Below, piece after piece: positions 1 to 9,395 of a DNA stretch of 64,000 nucleotides. Source of the stretch: an uncultured Candidatus Saccharibacteria bacterium (GTDB lineage Bacteria; Patescibacteriota; Saccharimonadia; Saccharimonadales; AWTP1-31); assembly GCA_964409615.1 (NCBI GenBank), contig CAYPDT010000001.1, forward strand, positions 587,102-651,101, read 5' to 3'. The position numbers and the translations under genes were made by a program. The stretch's first letter is position 1. Each line of letters starts with the position of its first letter. The notes under the pieces were generated by a model. That model was not told the DNA's origin. It ran no database searches and saw nothing but the letters and a program-made list of their open reading frames with translations.

Positions 1-2
1 AT

Positions 3-230
3 ATTGCTAATGCGCCACAAGACGTTATTGATGGGCCAGAGGTGCAGCATTACGAAGGTATTGTTGTTGTGAGTGAACCAGACAGGTACAAGATTATTGG
101 AGCCGGGTATGACGGTTCATTTGGTAGGGTTAGTGGGCTAGGCGAAGAAATGCAAGATATGTTTGTGGCTCAGATTGCTAATGTGGCTACCAGACACGCA
201 CTCCTTGTAGGTGCGGCACTAAGCAACTAA
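3..230 (+). CDS. hypothetical protein, 5'-truncated at window edge (reading frame open from nt 3; internal GTG at 42)
   Basis: Open frame runs from the window start to TAA at 228-230. No recognisable motif. Confidence 0.3.
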   Translation: MANAPQDVIDGPEVQHYEGIVVVSEPDRYKIIGAGYDGSFGRVSGLGEEMQDMFVAQIANVATRHALLVGAALSN

Positions 231-281
231 ATACCATTGGCGACATTGCACAAATACGCTATATATTGTAGAATATACTAA

Positions 282-1244
282 ATGAGTGATATGTTGCAGA
301 GTGGCGAAAGCCGATTACAGGATGTGCTGTACGATTATCAGGCATTACGTCAGATGGCAGGCCAGGAGCCAGAAGCTGTTGTTATCGACGAAGAGCTTAT
401 AGGTAGGGCGTCAGTTTTTACCGACCTGAATACCGGTAATCGTATCGCAATCGGCGAGCTCCCTGATAACCAGGCAGAGTTTACAGGCGCTATGTTGTCT
501 ATCTCGGGTCTTGGAAATGCGCTAGAAATTGAAGGGTTGCCCAAAGACTGCCGTGAAGCGGCGTTTGCCGTTACAAGTTTGGGGCGAGTGTTTGCCCGAG
601 ACCTGACACATAAATATACCTGGCAAGAATTTCCGGCATCATCGCTTGTACACGCTCTGGATATACCCCAGGCGAAACCCATAGCCGTTTCTGAGCAGGA
701 TCCAAGAAATGTTCCACCAATACTACCCGGCGAGGTGCCAGAAGTTGGTTACCCGTCAATCCTATACGAATACTACCAGCGTATTATAGATGCTGATATC
801 TTGCCTATACCCCACGACAAATTGTATACCGAAATCTGTTCACTGTTTGACGCCGAGGTTCGCGACAAGTCTCATATACCGCTTCATACAAAAATAACTC
901 GTGACGGCATGTTTGAATCACCTTTCAAGAAACAACTTTTTAGTCTAGAGGCTTGGGAAACAATGGCTCCCGATAGTTGTGGTTCAGACTTCGAGAGGAG
1001 TTTCTTTGTAAGATTCCATTCCCTCAATGGCAACACTGTTTTCCCTGGATTCAAGCTAGGCGTTGAAGAGACTGAAGAAAATATAGCACTACGTGGTAGC
1101 GAAAACTTCGAGTTCAAAATAACCCGAGGCGGCATGATTATTTATGACCAAGAAGACGGTCGTGTGGTTTTGCGTGCGCCACACCCTGTCTCGGTAAATA
1201 TACTCTACAAAGCTCTCTCCATCGGCCAAGACTTTCAGGCTTGA
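282..1244 (+). CDS. hypothetical protein (320 aa)
   Basis: Long ORF with ATG start. No recognisable family motifs. TTGCAC-N17-TAGAAT lies immediately upstream, suggesting a leaderless transcript. Confidence 0.55.
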   Translation: MSDMLQSGESRLQDVLYDYQALRQMAGQEPEAVVIDEELIGRASVFTDLNTGNRIAIGELPDNQAEFTGAMLSISGLGNALEIEGLPKDCREAAFAVTSLGRVFARDLTHKYTWQEFPASSLVHALDIPQAKPIAVSEQDPRNVPPILPGEVPEVGYPSILYEYYQRIIDADILPIPHDKLYTEICSLFDAEVRDKSHIPLHTKITRDGMFESPFKKQLFSLEAWETMAPDSCGSDFERSFFVRFHSLNGNTVFPGFKLGVEETEENIALRGSENFEFKITRGGMIIYDQEDGRVVLRAPHPVSVNILYKALSIGQDFQA

Positions 1245-1270
1245 CGGCGATATTGGCACTCAGCTATTAT
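1241..1270 (+). promoter_or_regulatory. sigma70-like promoter of groES-groEL (TTGACG-N18-TATTAT), overlapped by CIRCE
   Basis: -35 TTGACG at 1241-1246 and -10 TATTAT at 1265-1270, about 70 nt upstream of groES. Confidence 0.45.
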
Positions 1271-1279
1271 GAGTGCTGA
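1253..1279. promoter_or_regulatory. CIRCE-like inverted repeat (HrcA operator), copy 1: TTGGCACTC-N9-GAGTGCTGA
   Basis: Near-consensus match to TTAGCACTC-N9-GAGTGCTAA upstream of groES. Confidence 0.7.
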
Positions 1280-1282
1280 AAG

Positions 1283-1309
1283 TTAGCACTCAAACATTCT
1301 TAGTGCTAA
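1283..1309. promoter_or_regulatory. CIRCE element (HrcA operator), copy 2: TTAGCACTC-N9-TAGTGCTAA
   Basis: Perfect 9-bp arms with a 9-nt spacer, matching the canonical CIRCE consensus, between the promoter and groES. Confidence 0.8.
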
Positions 1310-1338
1310 CGCTTTAACTAAGCCGAGGGAGATTTATC

Positions 1339-1602
1339 ATGAACATTCAACCAATGGCCGACTATATTGTCGTGCAGGCCGAGCAAGCACAAACTAAAAC
1401 CGCCAGCGGATTGTACATTCCGGGCAATGCGCAAGAAAAACCAAAGACCGCCAAAGTTGTGGCTGTCGGGTCTGGTGTGAAAGAAGTTAAGGTCGGTGAG
1501 CGAGTAATCTATAAGAACGAATACGAAGCTACTAACGTAAAAGTTGGTAAAGAAGAGTTCACGCTGGTATATCGAGCCAACATAATCGCGACTGTTAAAT
1601 AG
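1339..1602 (+). CDS. groES: co-chaperonin GroES
   Basis: 87 aa with the GroES fold signature (mobile loop, ..VGERVIYK..). GGAGG RBS. Immediately upstream of groEL. Confidence 0.95.
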   Translation: MNIQPMADYIVVQAEQAQTKTASGLYIPGNAQEKPKTAKVVAVGSGVKEVKVGERVIYKNEYEATNVKVGKEEFTLVYRANIIATVK

Positions 1603-1613
1603 GAGGAGTATCG

Positions 1614-3254
1614 ATGGGTAAAAAAGTATTTTATGACGATGATGCACGACGCCGAATCTTGAGCGGTGCACAAATTTTATACGACGCTGTTAAAACCACT
1701 ATGGGGCCAAAAGGCCGTAACGTAGTGATTAGTAAGAGTTACGGTGGAGTTACCGTAACTCACGATGGTGTGACAGTTGCCAAAGGCGTAGAAATTGCCG
1801 ATGTTGATGACGAAACACTGGGTTACAAAGTAGGCGCCGAGCTCATCAAGCAAGCGGCAAACAAAATGAACGATGTTGCTGGCGATGGCACAACAACCGT
1901 TACTGTTCTGACCTATCATATTCTTAATGAAGCCAATAAGTTAATTGCTGCTGGTCACAACCCGATGCTTCTCAGAAAAGGGCTTGAAGCAGCCGCTACC
2001 GACGTAATCAAAAAGCTTAATAGCATGGCCGAAGACATCACCGGTAAAAAGAATCGAGTTGCTGAAGTCGCCACTATTAGCGCCGGAGATGCCGAGATTG
2101 GTAAGTTAATCGCCGATATTATCGACAAGGTTGGCAAAGATGGTGTTGTCACGGTCGAAGAAGGTCAGGGCTTAAAGCTCGAAAGCGAAGTAGTTGAAGG
2201 CTTCACCATGGATCGTGGTTTTGTAAGTGCTTACATGGTAACCGATGCTACCCGCATGGAAGCTGTCTACGATAAGCCTGCAATTCTTATCACCGACAAG
2301 AAGATTAGCTCAGTCCAAGAGTTCTTACCGGTACTCGAACGATTAGCGCAAAGTGGCAAAAAAGACTTGGTTATTATTGCTGAAGACGTCGAGGGTGAAG
2401 CATTAGGAACTTTGATTCTTAATAAACTCAAGGGTGTCTTTAATACTGTAGCCATCAAAGCTCCAAGTTTTGGCGATAAGCGGGCTGACCGGCTCCAAGA
2501 CATCGCAATCTTAACCGGTGGTCAGGTGATTAGCGACGACCAAGGTGTTGCCTTTGAAGATGTTGAGTTGGATATGCTTGGTTCGGCACGCAAGGTTATT
2601 GTTACCAAAGACGAAACTACAATCATTGAAGGGGCGGGCAAGGCAACTGCCGTTAAAGCACGCATTGCTCAGATTAACGCTCAAATCAAAGACTCCACAA
2701 GCGAGTATGACAAAGAAGACCGCGAAAAACGACGCGCGAGCCTTGAAGGCAAAGTGGCTGTTATTAAGGTTGGTGGTGCTACCGAGACCGAAATTGAAGA
2801 AAAGAAATTCCGTGTTGACGACGCTGTTGCGGCAACCAAAGCAGCACTCGATGAGGGAATCGTACCTGGTGGCGGCGTGACACTCGTCAATTTAGCGAGT
2901 GGCATCAAGACTACCGGCCACGATTCAGTAGCTGCCGGTACAACATTGCTGCAAAATGCGCTTGAACAGCCTTTCCGTATTCTCATGAATAACGCGGGTG
3001 TTAATCCAGACGAATGGCTTCCACAAGTTAAGAAGGCAAAGCCCGGCCATGGCGTTAACGTCAATGACCCATCAAAACTAGTCGATTTGAAAGTAAATGG
3101 TGTCGTAGACCCAGTGCGGGTTACTCGTGAAGCAATCCAGAATGCAGTTTCTATTGCTGGGACGAGCATGACCATGGGGGCGCTGGTTGTTGATATACCA
3201 GAGAAAGAGTCAGAAGCTCCAGCTATGCCTGGTGGCGGTATGGGGATGATGTAA
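1614..3254 (+). CDS. groEL: chaperonin GroEL (Hsp60)
   Basis: 546 aa. Has the AGDGTTTVTVL ATP-binding motif, the canonical GroEL N-terminus and the C-terminal GGM tail (PGGGMGMM). Confidence 0.97.
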   Translation: MGKKVFYDDDARRRILSGAQILYDAVKTTMGPKGRNVVISKSYGGVTVTHDGVTVAKGVEIADVDDETLGYKVGAELIKQAANKMNDVAGDGTTTVTVLTYHILNEANKLIAAGHNPMLLRKGLEAAATDVIKKLNSMAEDITGKKNRVAEVATISAGDAEIGKLIADIIDKVGKDGVVTVEEGQGLKLESEVVEGFTMDRGFVSAYMVTDATRMEAVYDKPAILITDKKISSVQEFLPVLERLAQSGKKDLVIIAEDVEGEALGTLILNKLKGVFNTVAIKAPSFGDKRADRLQDIAILTGGQVISDDQGVAFEDVELDMLGSARKVIVTKDETTIIEGAGKATAVKARIAQINAQIKDSTSEYDKEDREKRRASLEGKVAVIKVGGATETEIEEKKFRVDDAVAATKAALDEGIVPGGGVTLVNLASGIKTTGHDSVAAGTTLLQNALEQPFRILMNNAGVNPDEWLPQVKKAKPGHGVNVNDPSKLVDLKVNGVVDPVRVTREAIQNAVSIAGTSMTMGALVVDIPEKESEAPAMPGGGMGMM

Positions 3255-3282
3255 CAACAGAGACAACTATTGTCTTTTAAAA

Positions 3283-3308
3283 AGACGGCTCACGGGCCGT
3301 CTTTTTAA
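3283..3308. terminator. bidirectional intrinsic terminator between groEL (+) and the convergent gene (-)
   Basis: Hairpin AAGACGGC-tcacgg-GCCGTCTT flanked by A-run and T-run. Confidence 0.6.
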
Positions 3309-3316
3309 TTGGTTGC

Positions 3317-3979
3317 TTACGTCCAGCCGTCTTCGGTACCTCTGATAATTGCTCGCGAAAGGTGATTGCCGAATACTTCATAAAAGGTAACTGCACTTAT
3401 ATCGCTAACCACGCCCATGCCTCGGTTGGTGGCTTGCGGGTCGTAGTCATCGGCGTATTGTAGGCGTACCAGATTATCGAAGAAGTTAGCAACATCAACC
3501 AAGGCAGTATCGTCACGGTCGGTAAGCATGCCATGGAGTTTGCGCCAGGTACCCGACCAAGTTGCTTCCTCGGCGTCTGTTGCATCGTCAAAAAAGTGAA
3601 TAGCTTGATTCCGGGTAGTCTCGGCAAAGCCAGTGACAAAGCTGGCTAGTGTTGTCTCTGCTTCGGTAATATCTTGCCGTGCCTTTTGGATATCATCTTC
3701 AGAATATTTAGAAAGGCTCCTCTGTATCTCGTCACCCAGAAAGCCTTCCTCGACAATTTTAGCCGTAAATTCATCACCAAGCATCTCTTTGATTCTTTTA
3801 AAATCATCAAGCTCACTCATTTCTTTCATGAGTGCATTTCGGGCTTCTGGGTTGTTCTGTTGCGCGTCAGCTTCGATGGTTGCGAGGGCCGTAGAATACT
3901 TACCAAATGTTCCAGATAACATAAAGCTCAGTTCAAATTCCATTGAAGTGGCGAACAGGCTCGGGTCGATTTCGGGCAT
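3317..3979 (-). CDS. hypothetical acidic protein (start probably at MPEIDPSLF; the ORF-track extension to 4051 is likely spurious)
   Basis: Long ORF convergent with groEL. No recognisable family. Confidence 0.45.
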   Translation of the reverse strand: MPEIDPSLFATSMEFELSFMLSGTFGKYSTALATIEADAQQNNPEARNALMKEMSELDDFKRIKEMLGDEFTAKIVEEGFLGDEIQRSLSKYSEDDIQKARQDITEAETTLASFVTGFAETTRNQAIHFFDDATDAEEATWSGTWRKLHGMLTDRDDTALVDVANFFDNLVRLQYADDYDPQATNRGMGVVSDISAVTFYEVFGNHLSRAIIRGTEDGWT

Positions 3980-4091
3980 GACTCTATAATACCGTGGAGG
4001 AGGACCAATATAAACAGTAAGTACAATAGACAATGTTGTCAGAAAGTCCAATTTGTACTATTATAGGTATAACTGATTGACGGGAGAGTCT

Positions 4092-4532
4092 ATGTCGATA
4101 TTGAATCGTTTCAAAAAAACACCAGTGAATCCGTCTTTGCCTCCTGAAATTCAGGCCTATTCTCAGGCTGAACGTCGAGAGCGCATGGGTGTAGCTTGGC
4201 TTGTAGGTATTGTTTCACTTATCGTCTCGTTAATTCTTATAGTGCTGTTATTCCTAGGCGGTCGCTGGGTATTCCGAAAAATTGCGCACAAAGATACCAC
4301 TGCTCCTACACCAGTTATTACGCGAGATGAAAATAAAAACAAAGCCACTGATAAGCCAAAGAGTACGGATGACACCTCTGACTCAAATGCTACCAGTAAT
4401 CCTTCCTCAAATAGCACCCCAAATGGTAATGGAAACACGGCGCCTACACCGGCACCGCAACCGAGTACTCCACCAGCCAATCAGGGAACAAACTCTACGC
4501 TACCAAATACTGGCCCAGACGTAGATTTATAG
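4092..4532 (+). CDS. membrane-anchored protein with Ser/Thr/Pro/Asn-rich low-complexity ectodomain
   Basis: ATG at 4092 preceded by a GGGAGAG RBS (the ORF-track TTG at 4077 is less likely). One N-terminal TM helix. Low-complexity tail ends ...LPNTGPDVDL. Confidence 0.5.
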   Translation: MSILNRFKKTPVNPSLPPEIQAYSQAERRERMGVAWLVGIVSLIVSLILIVLLFLGGRWVFRKIAHKDTTAPTPVITRDENKNKATDKPKSTDDTSDSNATSNPSSNSTPNGNGNTAPTPAPQPSTPPANQGTNSTLPNTGPDVDL

Positions 4533-4550
4533 TAAGTAGACTAGCAGTGT

Positions 4551-5168
4551 TTATGCCGCTGGAGGTGTAGCTTGTTTGTTCTGCGTGAAATAGTTAATCT
4601 CGTTAACTACATCAAGTAATGCTTGAGCCTTAATTTTTTCGTCAGTGATTGAGTTAGCGGCGTCATAGGCTTGCTGAATTAGGCTTTGGTCGTCACTGGC
4701 TTGAATCATCATCATCGTAGTGCGGAATTTTTCTTCAGGAGTTTGTTCTAGGTGGTCTAGGAGGGGGGTTAGACTTTGGAGTGCATTTTGCTTAATACTC
4801 AGCAAATCTCCACTTACTACAGGAGTGGGTACTGCGGAAGGAGCCTCTTGGCTCGGAACGTCGGTGGTAATGACTGGTTCGGCGACAGCTAAGCTCGGAG
4901 CAGATTCTACTGGCTCAAGTGTGGGTGCAGCAGCAGGTTCTGGGGCAGGAGACGGCGTTGCCGGTGGGTCCAGCGATAAACTCGTTGTATTAAAGGAGCC
5001 ACCATCCGAAGCTGGTTCAGCTAAGGGTGCGCTCGGTGCTGCAACGGGGTCAGTTGCTCCGACTGGTGCATCAATTGCAGGCGCTGACGTTATTACGGAC
5101 TGGTCTGGTGCAGGCACCTGTACAGTTGCATCTTGCGTTACTTGACTTTGGTCATTCTGGTCGAACAT
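4551..5168 (-). CDS. hypothetical Pro/Ala-rich protein
   Basis: ATG at 5166-5168 with a GGGTGGGA-like RBS. PA-rich low-complexity middle and helical C-terminus. Confidence 0.45.
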   Translation of the reverse strand: MFDQNDQSQVTQDATVQVPAPDQSVITSAPAIDAPVGATDPVAAPSAPLAEPASDGGSFNTTSLSLDPPATPSPAPEPAAAPTLEPVESAPSLAVAEPVITTDVPSQEAPSAVPTPVVSGDLLSIKQNALQSLTPLLDHLEQTPEEKFRTTMMMIQASDDQSLIQQAYDAANSITDEKIKAQALLDVVNEINYFTQNKQATPPAA

Positions 5169-5287
5169 TCCCACCCCCCGTTTTAGCAATAGTTATTTCA
5201 CTTAGTTCCACTATACCATAAGCGTTAACAGACCAAAATACCCAGAACGCTTACGGTATAATAGGGGTACCATAATAGGAGAATGCT

Positions 5288-6322
5288 GTGCTAGACGACC
5301 TGAAGTATATTCATGAAAAAGATGCCCAAGATGCGCTCGGAATTGCAGCCAAGCAGCCCGTACAACTATTGCACGATTTTTCGGTTTCTAAAACTGGCCC
5401 AGCTGGCCCCTTCGCCAATATTGTGTACGCAGGTATGGGCGGTTCATCCTTGGCAGCATTAATAAGCCAAACCTGGCCAGGCTATAAAGTACCGTTCGAA
5501 ATTAGTCGTGACTACCATATTCCAACTTATGTTTCTAAAGAAACATTATTTATTGCGTGCAGTTACTCTGGTAATACTGAAGAGACTCTTGCAGCATTGG
5601 CGGCAGCCGAAAAGGCAAAAGCTACGATAGTTGTAATTACTGGCGGCGGTAAACTCAAAGAGATTGCTGAGCAAAAAAAGTACCAGTTGGTTATATTGCC
5701 TAAAGCCGAGCAACCTCGATATGCCGTTTTCTATAATCTAAAAGCAATTCTAGAAGTCGTAGAAAAGGCAGATGTGCTTCTGCAAAAACCCTCCACTAAA
5801 GAACTTCAAGCCATTTGCCAGTTTTTAGAAAAGAACACAGCGAATTTACTGCCAATAATCCCAACTAATCAAAACCCAGCGAAGCAGTTGGCACAAGAGA
5901 TTGCCGGTAAGAGTCTAGTGGTCTATGCTGGCCCGATGCTCGCTGCGGCAGCCTATAAATGGAAGATAGGTTGTAACGAAAATGCTAAAAACGTAGCCTG
6001 GGCAGGTTATTTGCCAGAGTTTAGTCATAATGAGTTTATCGGCTGGAGTTCACACCCTACACATAAGCCATATACTGTCGTTGACCTTCGTTCTTCGTTC
6101 GACCATCCGCAAGTACAAAAGCGCTTTATTCTGAGTGCCCGTCTACTATCTGGTAAGCGACCAGAGCCGCATGTAGTTGAGGCTCTGGGAAACACAATAC
6201 CCGAGCAATTATTCTGGTCAGTACTTATGGGCGACTTCACCACGCTCTATTTGGGGCTGCTTAACGGCGTAAATCCATCACCGGTAGAACTGGTCGAGAA
6301 GCTAAAAAAAGAACTAGCGTAG
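5288..6322 (+). CDS. bifunctional phosphoglucose/phosphomannose isomerase (SIS-domain, archaeal-type PGI/PMI)
   Basis: GTG start with an AGGAG RBS. SIS motif ..CSYSGNTEET.. and the overall PGI/PMI-family architecture. Confidence 0.75.
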   Translation: MLDDLKYIHEKDAQDALGIAAKQPVQLLHDFSVSKTGPAGPFANIVYAGMGGSSLAALISQTWPGYKVPFEISRDYHIPTYVSKETLFIACSYSGNTEETLAALAAAEKAKATIVVITGGGKLKEIAEQKKYQLVILPKAEQPRYAVFYNLKAILEVVEKADVLLQKPSTKELQAICQFLEKNTANLLPIIPTNQNPAKQLAQEIAGKSLVVYAGPMLAAAAYKWKIGCNENAKNVAWAGYLPEFSHNEFIGWSSHPTHKPYTVVDLRSSFDHPQVQKRFILSARLLSGKRPEPHVVEALGNTIPEQLFWSVLMGDFTTLYLGLLNGVNPSPVELVEKLKKELA

Positions 6323-6349
6323 TTACAAGGCCATCACTATACTTGTGGT

Positions 6350-7087
6350 ATGCAGGTCAAGACACCTAATGATGTCAAAAAACTAGGCACAATTTTGTCG
6401 GTTTGGGCACATCCCGACGACGAAACTTTTTGCGCGGGGGGTATTTTAGCGGCAGCGGTGAAAAATGGTCAAAAAGTCATCTGTGTAACTGCGACTAGGG
6501 GTGAGTCTGGGGTCCAAGACACTAAACAATGGCCAAAGCATCAGCTGGCTTCAATACGCGAGCGAGAACTACGGGCTGCCCTAAAGGTGCTAGGTGTAGT
6601 CGAACATCATTTTCTCACCTATAAAGATGGCCACTGCAGTACCGTCCCTCTCGAGGTGGCTGCTGCGGATATTGTTGAAGCCATAGACACCTATCGGCCA
6701 GACACTATACTAACTTTTGGGCCTGATGGCTTGACGGGGCACCCAGACCATCAAGCGGTATCACGATGGGTCGAGGCGGCAGTTTCCGGGCATGTTAATC
6801 AGCCTGTCGTATTCCATGCCGTGTTGACTGTAGGCCAATATACACGATATTTAGCCTCGGCAGACGCTAAGCTGAATTTTTTTTATAATATCGACCAGCC
6901 ACCCCTGGTTTCATCAAAAGATTGTGACATTTGTCTGTGCTGTACCGACGAACTATGTGATTGTAAGTATGATGCTTTTTCTGCTATGCCCTCGCAGTAT
7001 GCACATGTGCAGGCACAGTTCAGTGAGGTGTATCTAAAAGAAGCCTTTCGAATAGAGGCATTTGTCAGGAGTAATAATGCAAAGTAA
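6350..7087 (+). CDS. PIG-L/LmbE-family N-acetylglucosaminyl deacetylase
   Basis: N-terminal ..VWAHPDDETFCAGG.. and ..GHPDH.. zinc-binding motifs, characteristic of the LmbE/PIG-L family. Confidence 0.75.
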   Translation: MQVKTPNDVKKLGTILSVWAHPDDETFCAGGILAAAVKNGQKVICVTATRGESGVQDTKQWPKHQLASIRERELRAALKVLGVVEHHFLTYKDGHCSTVPLEVAAADIVEAIDTYRPDTILTFGPDGLTGHPDHQAVSRWVEAAVSGHVNQPVVFHAVLTVGQYTRYLASADAKLNFFYNIDQPPLVSSKDCDICLCCTDELCDCKYDAFSAMPSQYAHVQAQFSEVYLKEAFRIEAFVRSNNAK

Positions 7088-7523
7088 AGCTCAAACGGTA
7101 GAACAATACCTAGAAGAACTACCACAAGAACGCCGCGAGGCCCTAGAGGCGGTTCGTTCAGTTATTCTGGCTAATATCCCAGACGGCTATGAAGAGGCGA
7201 TGAATTGGGGAATGATAACGTACCAGGTACCTTTAAGTACTTTTTCGGAGACGTATAACAAGCAGCCTTTGATGTACCTGGCGCTAGCAAGTCAAAAAAA
7301 TAATCTGGCACTGTATATGACAGGATTAACTATGGATTCACAAATGAGTCGTAATTTTGAAGCGGATTATGCTGCTACAGGCAAGCGAAGAGATATTGGT
7401 AAGTCATGTGTTAGGTTCAAAAAAATTGCCGACCTCCCACTCGATGTTGTCGCTCGCTATATTCCAAAAGTAACAGTCGATATGTTAGTAGATTACCACC
7501 AACGAGTTCATGCTGAGTCTTAG
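7077..7523 (+). CDS. DUF1801 (YdhG-like) domain protein
   Basis: ATG at 7077 with an AGGAG RBS. N-terminal ..AQTVEQYLEELPQERREALEAVR.. is typical of DUF1801. Confidence 0.55.
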   Translation: MQSKAQTVEQYLEELPQERREALEAVRSVILANIPDGYEEAMNWGMITYQVPLSTFSETYNKQPLMYLALASQKNNLALYMTGLTMDSQMSRNFEADYAATGKRRDIGKSCVRFKKIADLPLDVVARYIPKVTVDMLVDYHQRVHAES

Positions 7524-8044
7524 ACGGGTTTATCTTTGAAGCCGAGTAGGTAACCACAGTAACTGACGATAAAATGCATTACAAAAAAAACGCCAATGAC
7601 CACAAGATAATCTTGGAGCTTGAGCTGAATGAAGGGTAGGCTAAAGAGCATTGCGCCAATAACGTAATCGAGCTGATCAAAACCAAGCCAAGCATTGCCC
7701 GAGGCAATTCCTCTGCGCCGCTTAAAGAAACTCTCTACGGCATCGCCGAACAAAGCTCCGAACCCGATGAAGCAACCAATTAAAAAGTGCTCAATGGTGG
7801 TGCCAGTATCCACGCCTAGTTGTGGGTATATCAACCAGGCTGCAATGCCAGAGACAAGAGTACCAAATACTAATCCTCGCCACGTTTTATTCTTGCCAAG
7901 CACATATTGCTGCCCAATCTTGTTACCGAAGTCTAACGGAGTCTTCCAACGATTAAGTAGCGGAATTTTATTAGCAATCGGGGGAGCCGAATTAGCTAGG
8001 CCGGCCGGAAGGAAAAAAAGTAACGCAAATAATATATCGTTCAT
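7520..8044 (-). CDS. CDP-archaeol synthase (CarS)-like CTP:lipid cytidylyltransferase membrane protein
   Basis: Integral membrane protein with ..AGLANSAPP.. and ..GKNKTWRGLVFG.. motifs, matching the CarS/DUF46 family. Confidence 0.65.
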   Translation of the reverse strand: MNDILFALLFFLPAGLANSAPPIANKIPLLNRWKTPLDFGNKIGQQYVLGKNKTWRGLVFGTLVSGIAAWLIYPQLGVDTGTTIEHFLIGCFIGFGALFGDAVESFFKRRRGIASGNAWLGFDQLDYVIGAMLFSLPFIQLKLQDYLVVIGVFFVMHFIVSYCGYLLGFKDKPV

Positions 8045-8046
8045 GG

Positions 8047-8712
8047 TTATGGTTTTTTAGTCCCCTTCAGTTTAGCACGCAGTCGGTGATATTTGGGGTA
8101 CAGCAGGCTAGAAAGTGGTGGTCGTGTGGTTCGTCGTCGGCTAGTGGCAAGTAGTTTGATTAGATTTTCTTGCGTAGGCTTAGCACCAATCTCTGTATAG
8201 GTACTGGCCATGCCTTTAACGCCGTGGGCGTCGCTACTCGCAGCCATAGCCTTACTGTGGATTCGCGCCCATGTGGTGGCTAAAGGCCCACGGTTCTGAA
8301 AGAATGCTCGACCGTTATGCACTTCAACGATATCAACGTAGCTAGCAATACTATCAAGTGTTTGTTTTGTAATCCCCTTACGGACGGTTTCGAAGGGATG
8401 GGGAATGTATACTAAGCCACCTTGATTCTTGATTGCTTTCACTGTCTGAAGGGCAGATTGATGAGGTTTGACCAGACTGGCTAGATATAAACCTACAATT
8501 TCACCCTCGGATGTAGTGATTTCTTGCCCCACGATTATGGCATCGCCAAGCTTGGTCTGTAGATGCTGGGCCATGTCGATGCGGTCGTGGTCGGTTACCG
8601 CGATGAAGTCAATCAGATTGCCTTGGATTAGCTTGGTATAGTCTGCTTCAGTCACTCCACCATCTGGTGATGCGGTTGAATGAGTGTGTAAGTCAATACG
8701 GATAGTTTTCAT
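8047..8712 (-). CDS. PHP-domain metal-dependent phosphoesterase
   Basis: N-terminal ..IDLHTHSTASPDG.. followed by ..VTDHD.., the His/Asp PHP motifs. Confidence 0.75.
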   Translation of the reverse strand: MKTIRIDLHTHSTASPDGGVTEADYTKLIQGNLIDFIAVTDHDRIDMAQHLQTKLGDAIIVGQEITTSEGEIVGLYLASLVKPHQSALQTVKAIKNQGGLVYIPHPFETVRKGITKQTLDSIASYVDIVEVHNGRAFFQNRGPLATTWARIHSKAMAASSDAHGVKGMASTYTEIGAKPTQENLIKLLATSRRRTTRPPLSSLLYPKYHRLRAKLKGTKKP

Positions 8713-9335
8713 AGACGCTGCATTAATGAGCGCATTCGACCAAGCGCAGTCAAAATGCTAGTTGCTGCGATGAAAACCACAACCAGATACAGGCGGTCAG
8801 CCAAGAGGCCCAAAAAGAAGAATGTTAAGCGCACGTCGTAAGTCATGATACCGCCGCGAAAGCTTTTGTTGGTTTCGTGCTTGGTTTTGCTTTTTGTGGT
8901 AACGGCCTCACCCCAGGCATTTACGTAGCTAACGAGCAAAGATATACCGCAAGTAGCAACAGCCCATACGGCAAAGTAGGCTTTATTATTGGCAACGAAG
9001 TAGTAAGCGGCCCCGACATACAGCAGGACTTCTTTGATTCTATCGGTAATTGAATCAAGTAGCATGCCTCGAGAGCTAGAAGTTTTTTGCAAACGTGCAA
9101 CTGCACCGTCTAGAGCATCGAATAAACCGAACACCAGCAATAGGCCGGCTGCCCAGTAGTTGTGCCCCCAAGCAATTAATAGGGCAATTGGTATGTGAGT
9201 AAGTAGGCTGGTGATGGTAATAACATTTGCCGAAATACGGCCGCCAGACAAGTGATTGAGTATAACTGCAAGTTGCCCAATAAGGCCTCTAATAATATTC
9301 CGAATAGTGCTGACCAGTCTTTGGATAAGCTGCAT
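8709..9335 (-). CDS. CDP-alcohol phosphatidyltransferase (PgsA-like)
   Basis: Has the D-x2-DG-x2-AR...G-x3-D-x3-D motif (DALDGAVARLQ...GMLLDSITD). Multi-TM protein. Confidence 0.8.
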   Translation of the reverse strand: MQLIQRLVSTIRNIIRGLIGQLAVILNHLSGGRISANVITITSLLTHIPIALLIAWGHNYWAAGLLLVFGLFDALDGAVARLQKTSSSRGMLLDSITDRIKEVLLYVGAAYYFVANNKAYFAVWAVATCGISLLVSYVNAWGEAVTTKSKTKHETNKSFRGGIMTYDVRLTFFFLGLLADRLYLVVVFIAATSILTALGRMRSLMQRL

Positions 9336-9395
9336 TACAGGTATTATACCGTATGCGACATGCGTTATTCCAAGGGGTTGCTATAATAGGGGTAT

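Noticed and set aside
3-1244. Possible frameshifted pseudogene joining the 3-230 and 282-1244 ORFs, which share a frame
   Set aside because: Two in-frame stop codons (228-230 and 279-281) separate them. A good promoter (TTGCAC-N17-TAGAAT) sits in the gap. They are better explained as two separate genes.
3980-4051. N-terminal extension (MDFLTTLSIVLTVYIGPPPRYYRV) of the minus-strand ORF 3317-4051
   Set aside because: It is hydrophobic and Pro-rich, unlike the rest of the protein. The internal ATG (MPEIDPSLF) gives a more plausible start.
4092-4532. C-terminal LPNTG motif as a sortase cell-wall sorting signal
   Set aside because: The motif is followed by only five residues (PDVDL), with no hydrophobic segment or positively charged tail. 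The protein has an N-terminal TM anchor rather than a cleavable signal peptide. It is probably a chance occurrence in a low-complexity tail.
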